Shown here: positions 58,960 to 64,000 of the stretch, in pieces
Layout of the letters: each line of letters opens with the position of its first letter
How positions within the stretch are numbered: the first letter of the stretch is position 1
NCBI GenBank assembly: GCA_964500415.1
Contig: CAZCOB010000001.1
Coordinates: 15,204 to 79,203, forward strand
Direction: 5' to 3'
Source of the DNA: an uncultured Dehalococcoidaceae bacterium
GTDB lineage: Bacteria; Chloroflexota; Dehalococcoidia; Dehalococcoidales; RBG-16-60-22
Length of the DNA stretch: 64,000 nt
Program-made: the position numbers and the translations under genes
The notes under the pieces: generated by a model
What the model was told of the DNA's origin: nothing
Seen by the model: only the letters and a program-made list of their open reading frames with translations
Databases searched by the model: none

Positions 58960-60783
58960 CTAATCTTCACGCAGACGAATGTGCAATTCATCAAGCTGTT
59001 CTTCCGTGACGGGTGAAGGCGCGTTAAAGGTAAGGTCGGCGGCGCTCTGAGTCTTGGGGAAAGCGATTACCTCCCTGATGTTTTCCTCCCCGGTAAGATA
59101 CATGATAATACGGTCAATACCCGGAGCGATGCCACCGTGAGGGGGCGCACCATATTTAAAGGCCTCGAGCAAATGCCCGAAGCGTTCTTCAATGGCTTCA
59201 TCAGTGTAGCCAAGTATTTTAAATATTTTTCTTTGCAGGTCGCTCTTGTGAATCCTGATGCTGCCGCTACATAGTTCGCCCCCGTTACAGATAATATCGT
59301 AGCTCCTGGCCCTGACCTTCTCGGGGTCGGTATCCAGCAGCGGCATATCCTCTTCCCTGGGCATGGTAAAGGCATGATGCATGGCTTCCAGTCGCCCTGT
59401 CTGGCTATCCCTCTCGAACATAGGAAAATCAATGATAAAGCCGAAGGCAAAGACATCAGGGCTGGCCAGTCCCAGCCGGGAGCCAATCTCGCGGCGGAGT
59501 CCTCCAAGCACCGTACTGACCAGTTTGTTTTCCCCGGCCACAATCAGGAGCAGGTCGCCGATACCGGCTTCGAGTCGTCCGGCCATTGCTTTAATATCAT
59601 CCAGCGAGAGGAACTTGGCGGCAGTTGATTTCACCATTTCCGGGGTAAGTTCCGCCAGGCTATTACCGGCACCGCTCAGGGCGATGGAAACCAGGCCACC
59701 GGCGCCGAGTCCCCTGGCTATCTCGTTTAACTCCTCAAGCTGGCGGCGCGTATAACCGGCACAGCCAGCAGCACGGATACCTTTTACCCTGCCCTTGCCG
59801 GCGATAGCCGAGGTAAATATATCGAAGCCGGAATTCGCCACGATATCCGAAAGGTCTTTAATCTCCACGCCGAAACGGAGGTCGGGTTTATCCGAGCCAT
59901 AGCGTTCCATAGCGTCAGCATAACTGAGGCGGGGGAAAGGCTGTATCAACTGCTTTTCCGGCATGAGTGTCTTTATCATGGCGGTAAACAGTTCTTCGGT
60001 CAGACTGAAAATATCCTCTTCTTCAACGAAGCTCATCTCAACGTCAAGCTGGGTATGTTCCGGCTGTCGGTCGGCGCGGGTATCCTCGTCGCGGAAGCAG
60101 CGGGCAATCTGGTAGTATTTTTCGAAGCCGGCCACCATAAGTAGCTGCTTGAGCTGCTGGGGTGACTGCGGCAGGGCGTAAAAGTGGCCGGGGTAAACAC
60201 GGCTGGGCACCAGGTAATCGCGGGCTCCTTCCGGCGTGCTTTTGATAAGGATAGGCGTCTCTATCTCGACGAAACCTCTGGCATCCAGGAAATCGCGCAT
60301 GAACCTGATAACCCGGTGACGGAGGAGCAAGTTCTCTTTCATGCGGGGCCGGCGCAGGTCCAGGTAACGGTATTTCAGGCGCAGGTTTTCGTCTACCTCC
60401 ATTTCTTCGTTAATATAAAAGGGAGGGGTCTCGGAGGGGTTCAGTATCTCGGTGTCCTTAACGATTACCTCGATATCGCCGGTGGGGAGCCTGGGGTTTT
60501 CGGTACCCGCCGGACGCAGAGCTACCTCGCCTTTAATCCTCACGACGTACTCATTGCGCATTTTTTCGGCGGTTTTCAGACTGGCGGGTGATATTTCTGG
60601 ATTGAAAACCGTCTGGACGATGCCTTCCCTGTCCCTCAGGTCGATAAAGATAAGGCCGCCGTGGTCGCGCCTGCGGTTTATCCAGCCGGCCAGCGATACC
60701 TCGCTGCCGATGTGTTCTTTCCTTAATTCACCGCAGGAATGCGTCCTGAGCAAAGTTGCCTCCCCAATGATAGATGCCTTCAC
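58960..60783 (-). CDS. aspS: Aspartyl-tRNA synthetase, probably non-discriminating
   Basis: RTHSCGELR, RRRDHGG (His at the ND-diagnostic site), YQIARCFRDE, PPHGGIAPGIDR. Confidence 0.96.
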   Translation of the reverse strand: MKASIIGEATLLRTHSCGELRKEHIGSEVSLAGWINRRRDHGGLIFIDLRDREGIVQTVFNPEISPASLKTAEKMRNEYVVRIKGEVALRPAGTENPRLPTGDIEVIVKDTEILNPSETPPFYINEEMEVDENLRLKYRYLDLRRPRMKENLLLRHRVIRFMRDFLDARGFVEIETPILIKSTPEGARDYLVPSRVYPGHFYALPQSPQQLKQLLMVAGFEKYYQIARCFRDEDTRADRQPEHTQLDVEMSFVEEEDIFSLTEELFTAMIKTLMPEKQLIQPFPRLSYADAMERYGSDKPDLRFGVEIKDLSDIVANSGFDIFTSAIAGKGRVKGIRAAGCAGYTRRQLEELNEIARGLGAGGLVSIALSGAGNSLAELTPEMVKSTAAKFLSLDDIKAMAGRLEAGIGDLLLIVAGENKLVSTVLGGLRREIGSRLGLASPDVFAFGFIIDFPMFERDSQTGRLEAMHHAFTMPREEDMPLLDTDPEKVRARSYDIICNGGELCSGSIRIHKSDLQRKIFKILGYTDEAIEERFGHLLEAFKYGAPPHGGIAPGIDRIIMYLTGEENIREVIAFPKTQSAADLTFNAPSPVTEEQLDELHIRLRED

Positions 60784-60864
60784 TTTTGATTATAGCTTAT
60801 ACAGGTAGGCGCTTCAACAAAAATGCACCGACCGGCGATATCGGATAGTCTGGCTAGACGAGTA

Positions 60865-60893
60865 TTGACAAATAAATAATCCGGTGCTATCCT
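60865..60893 (+). promoter_or_regulatory. Sigma70-type promoter of the homocysteine operon
   Basis: TTGACA-N17-TATCCT with an extended TG. Confidence 0.7.
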
Positions 60894-61035
60894 GAGTATT
60901 GTTGATGAAAACAGTCAACTTTTATAGCGAGAATAATGCCAGTAAGTTAGGTACAGTTGTATTAGTACGGCGGCTCTGCTAGAATGTTATGTAATCCCGC
61001 TAATTATCATCAGGGGACAGGAGGGAAGCAGTCCA

Positions 61036-62244
61036 GTGGCCAAGACAATCGCGGAGATAAACGAAAAAATCAAAGAAGGCAAGGCCGTAGTCTTCAATGC
61101 GGAAGAGATTATCGACGTTGCCCGGGAGAAAGGCATCAAAAGGGCCGCCCAGGAAGTGGACGTGGTCACTACGGGGACTTTCGGGATTATGTGTTCCTCC
61201 GGGGCCTATTTCAACATCGGACACGCCAAACCGCGCTTTAAGCTGGGGGGCGGCCGGGCTTACCTGAACGACGTGCCGGCTTATACCGGACTGGCGGCAG
61301 CCGACCTGTTCCTGGGGGCTAACGCCCTGCCCGACGACGACCCGAGAAACAGGGTACATCCCGGTGAATTCACCTACGGCGGCGGGCATGTTATCGAAGA
61401 GCTGGTGGCGGGCAAGGACGTGCGGCTGGTGGCCACGGCCTTCGGCACGGACTGCTATCCACGCAAGAAGCTGGAGACGCTGCTGAACATCAAAGACCTT
61501 AACGAAGCGGTGCTCTTTAACATCAGGAATGCCTACCAGAATTACAACGTGGCGGTGAACTGTTCGGATAAGACAATCTATACATACATGGGGGTGCTCA
61601 AGGCGCAGTTGGGCAACGCCAACTATAGCTCGGCGGGGCAGCTTTCGCCACTGTTCAACGACCCCTATTACAAGACGATAGGAATCGGGACGAGGATATT
61701 CCTGGGCGGGGGCACCGGTTTCGTGGCCTGGCAGGGCACGCAGCACAATCCCGGCGTGCCCCGCACCGAGAAGGGCATTCCTAAAGAAGGCGCCGGGACG
61801 CTGGCGGTCATCGGCGACCTGAAGCAGATGAACGCGCGCTGGCTGGTAGGCACGAGCGTGCTCGGTTACGGGTGCAGCCTGACGGTCGGCATCGGGGTGC
61901 CAATTCCCGTGCTGTCGGAGGAAATCCTGGAGTATACCGCGGTAACCGACGCGGATATCCTGGCGCCGGTCGTCGATTATTCGGACGCCTTCCCTAATCT
62001 AAAACCGGACATCCTGGGCGAGGTCAGCTACGCCGAGCTTAAGAGCGGCAAGATAAAGGTCAAGGGGAAGGACGTGCCGACGGCTTCGCGCTCCAGCTAC
62101 CCGAGGGCGCTGGAGATAGCCAACCTGCTCAAGGAGTGGATACAATCGGGCAAATTTTTACTGACCGAGGCGGTGCAGCCGTTGCCCGGCGCGGAGTCCG
62201 CCGTAAAAGTGAAGCCGCTCAACGAGCGGCCCATCGAATATTAA
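61036..62244 (+). CDS. Homocysteine biosynthesis protein (DUF39, MA1821 family)
   Basis: KTIAEINEKI, VDVVTTGTFG, RNAYQNY, YSSAGQLSPL, GTQH, GDLKQM. Confidence 0.9.
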   Translation: MAKTIAEINEKIKEGKAVVFNAEEIIDVAREKGIKRAAQEVDVVTTGTFGIMCSSGAYFNIGHAKPRFKLGGGRAYLNDVPAYTGLAAADLFLGANALPDDDPRNRVHPGEFTYGGGHVIEELVAGKDVRLVATAFGTDCYPRKKLETLLNIKDLNEAVLFNIRNAYQNYNVAVNCSDKTIYTYMGVLKAQLGNANYSSAGQLSPLFNDPYYKTIGIGTRIFLGGGTGFVAWQGTQHNPGVPRTEKGIPKEGAGTLAVIGDLKQMNARWLVGTSVLGYGCSLTVGIGVPIPVLSEEILEYTAVTDADILAPVVDYSDAFPNLKPDILGEVSYAELKSGKIKVKGKDVPTASRSSYPRALEIANLLKEWIQSGKFLLTEAVQPLPGAESAVKVKPLNERPIEY

Positions 62245-62330
62245 CTTCAGCAGAAGCGAGATAATATAAATATAGAGAATCTGAGGTTATATTGCCTTAG
62301 CTATAGTGAGCAGGGGAAGAGGTGTAAGCA

Positions 62331-62741
62331 ATGGCAGTTACGAAAAGAATCGTTTTACGCTTTCCCAGGCGACTGGTGGAGCGACCGATAATATACCGTC
62401 TGGTCAAGGACTACGACCTTGAGTTCAATATTCTCAAGGCTTCTATAACCCCCGAGCAGGAAGGTCTGCTGGTGCTGGAGCTTAAGGGGAACCAGAAGGA
62501 ATACGATAAAGGCATCGATTTCCTGATCAAGGCCGGCGTGCAGATACAGTCGCTGAGCCAGGACGTGACGCGTAACGAGGAGAGGTGCACCAGTTGCGGC
62601 GCCTGCGTCACCGTCTGCCCTACCGGCGCTTTCCGGGTAGACCCGAAGACGCGGGAAGTGCTGTTCGATAATACGAAGTGCATTGCCTGCGGGCTCTGCA
62701 TCCCGGCTTGCCCGCCGCGGGCGATGGAAGTGCATTTCTAG
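62331..62741 (+). CDS. NIL-domain ferredoxin (MA1822-like)
   Basis: FNILKASI NIL domain; CTSCGACVTVC and CIACGLCIPAC. Confidence 0.9.
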   Translation: MAVTKRIVLRFPRRLVERPIIYRLVKDYDLEFNILKASITPEQEGLLVLELKGNQKEYDKGIDFLIKAGVQIQSLSQDVTRNEERCTSCGACVTVCPTGAFRVDPKTREVLFDNTKCIACGLCIPACPPRAMEVHF

Positions 62742-62770
62742 CTGCTTTGATATTGAGTGGCGTTATTTAA

Positions 62771-63297
62771 AAACCTTACCCCCTGTGTCCCCCTCTCCTT
62801 ACGAGGCAGGGTGAAGGAGAGGGTGAATGGATTTGAGAGGGGGCTTCGCCCCCTCTCGCTGTGCACTCCCCTGTAAGGGGTGGGGAAACGCCAGGTATCA
62901 AGGAACAAGTATCAAGGAAGGGATAAAATTCCTAAGCTATCAAAATCCTCCTTAATCCCTCCTTCGGCAGGCTCATGACAGGCTCTTTTTTCAAAGGAGG
63001 AAACTGGGGACGAAAATCTACCTTAATCCCTCCTTACGAAGGAGGGAGACAGATTGGGTTAAGGCATTGATATAAGGGTTTGTGCAAACAACCTCTCCCT
63101 TCGGTAAAGGGAGAGCGAGAGGGATTTTGGGGCGGGGGTATATTAGCGGGATAAGCAGAGGATGGTGCGAGGGCGGTCAGGGCGGGAAAAGATAACATAG
63201 ACGGGGGGTGGGGTCTGTATGTTGCCTGCCCCACCCCGAGATTCTTCCCCTTCAGCCGAAGGGTCAGAATGACAGAGGGAATGTTCCTCAGAATGAC
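62771..63297 (+). repeat. Composite multi-hairpin repeat R4
   Basis: Same module order as R3, with nested extra modules. Confidence 0.8.
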
Positions 63298-63304
63298 GGA
63301 ATGA

Positions 63305-64000
63305 ATGAAAGAGGATACCTACCAGCCGAGGACGTACCGGCACTGGATTGAGGGCAAAGACCTCATCGCGTTTAACGCAGCCGAGAAGGAAACCGATTTA
63401 TACATTCGCGCCGTATCCGACTTGCAGAGAAAAGCCCGACGATTGATAGTAAAATACCGCCGTCAGCTTGAGGGTTATATCGGACGCAATCCCGACTTCG
63501 TTACATCACTTACGCCTCTTCGCGTGGAGGACGATGCACCGGCTATAGTCAAGGGGATGGCGGAGGCGGGAGAGAAGGCAGGAGTCGGGCCGATGGCGGC
63601 GGTAGCCGGAGCCATTGCGGAGTATGTCGGCTGGGAACTGCTGGAGTTTTCACCGGAGATAATCGTGGAAAACGGGGGGGATATCTTTCTAAAATTTTTG
63701 AACAAAAGGGTTGTGGGCATATTCGCCGGAGAATCGCCATTGAGCGGGAAAATTGGACTGGAAATAGAGGCGCGGGATACGCCGCTGGGTATTTGCACCT
63801 CCTCGGGGACGGTGGGGCATTCTTTAAGCTATGGTAAGGCCGACGCCGTGGTGGTTGTTTCCGCTTCGGCGGCGCTGGCCGATGCTGCGGCGACAGCTAT
63901 CGGCAACCGGGTTGAGAAGCCAGGCGACATCGATGCCGCCATCGATTTCGGCAATAGCATCAATGGTATTAAAGGCATCGTTATTATCATCGGAGAAAGT
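63305..64000 (+). CDS. UPF0280/ApbE-like protein (MA1715 family), truncated by the window edge
   Basis: Manual translation MKEDTYQPRTYRHW..ETDL..GPMAAVAG..NGGDI..GICTSSGTVGHSLSYGKADA. Confidence 0.9.
   Translation, partial: MKEDTYQPRTYRHWIEGKDLIAFNAAEKETDLYIRAVSDLQRKARRLIVKYRRQLEGYIGRNPDFVTSLTPLRVEDDAPAIVKGMAEAGEKAGVGPMAAVAGAIAEYVGWELLEFSPEIIVENGGDIFLKFLNKRVVGIFAGESPLSGKIGLEIEARDTPLGICTSSGTVGHSLSYGKADAVVVVSASAALADAAATAIGNRVEKPGDIDAAIDFGNSINGIKGIVIIIGES

Noticed and set aside
56518-63297. Hairpin clusters as CRISPR arrays or intact IS elements
   Set aside because: Modules are heterogeneous and not regularly spaced, with no transposase ORF or terminal inverted repeats

Overview
64 kb of bacterial chromosome. 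The gene set and repeat types suggest Chloroflexota, class Dehalococcoidia; this is an inference. Left part (1-13.7 kb): porGDA, tRNA-Arg, an ArsB/NhaD permease and an AT-richer Wzm/Wzt glycan export and modification cassette. The cassette ends at a probable serine-recombinase remnant and is followed by conserved housekeeping and small Zn-finger genes. Middle (about 14-48.7 kb, around two tandem tRNA-Ser genes): a large catabolic accessory region. It holds 2 YtcJ-like amidohydrolases, 2 C45 and 1 C69-like Ntn-hydrolases, a class III aminotransferase, an SDR, an Arg-less Rid protein, a W-type aldehyde:ferredoxin oxidoreductase with a flavodoxin-ferredoxin partner, 4 paralogs of an uncharacterised cupin-like family, 2 NTF2-like proteins, 3 MFS transporters, a Dpp/Opp ABC system, an orphan TRAP DctP and a NarL-type two-component system. 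Three homologous promoter blocks, all oriented the same way relative to their operons, point to one regulon. Right part (49-64 kb): dprA-topA-xerC-pepP-efp-PHP-purN, clpP-tig-aspS and the sulfide-dependent homocysteine module, interrupted by composite multi-hairpin repeats with conserved module order. Best leads: the regulon-defined amide/amine catabolic system, the composite repeat element, conserved ATT starts in two MFS paralogs, and a non-canonical EF-P tip. No CRISPR array, intact transposase or reductive dehalogenase was seen.
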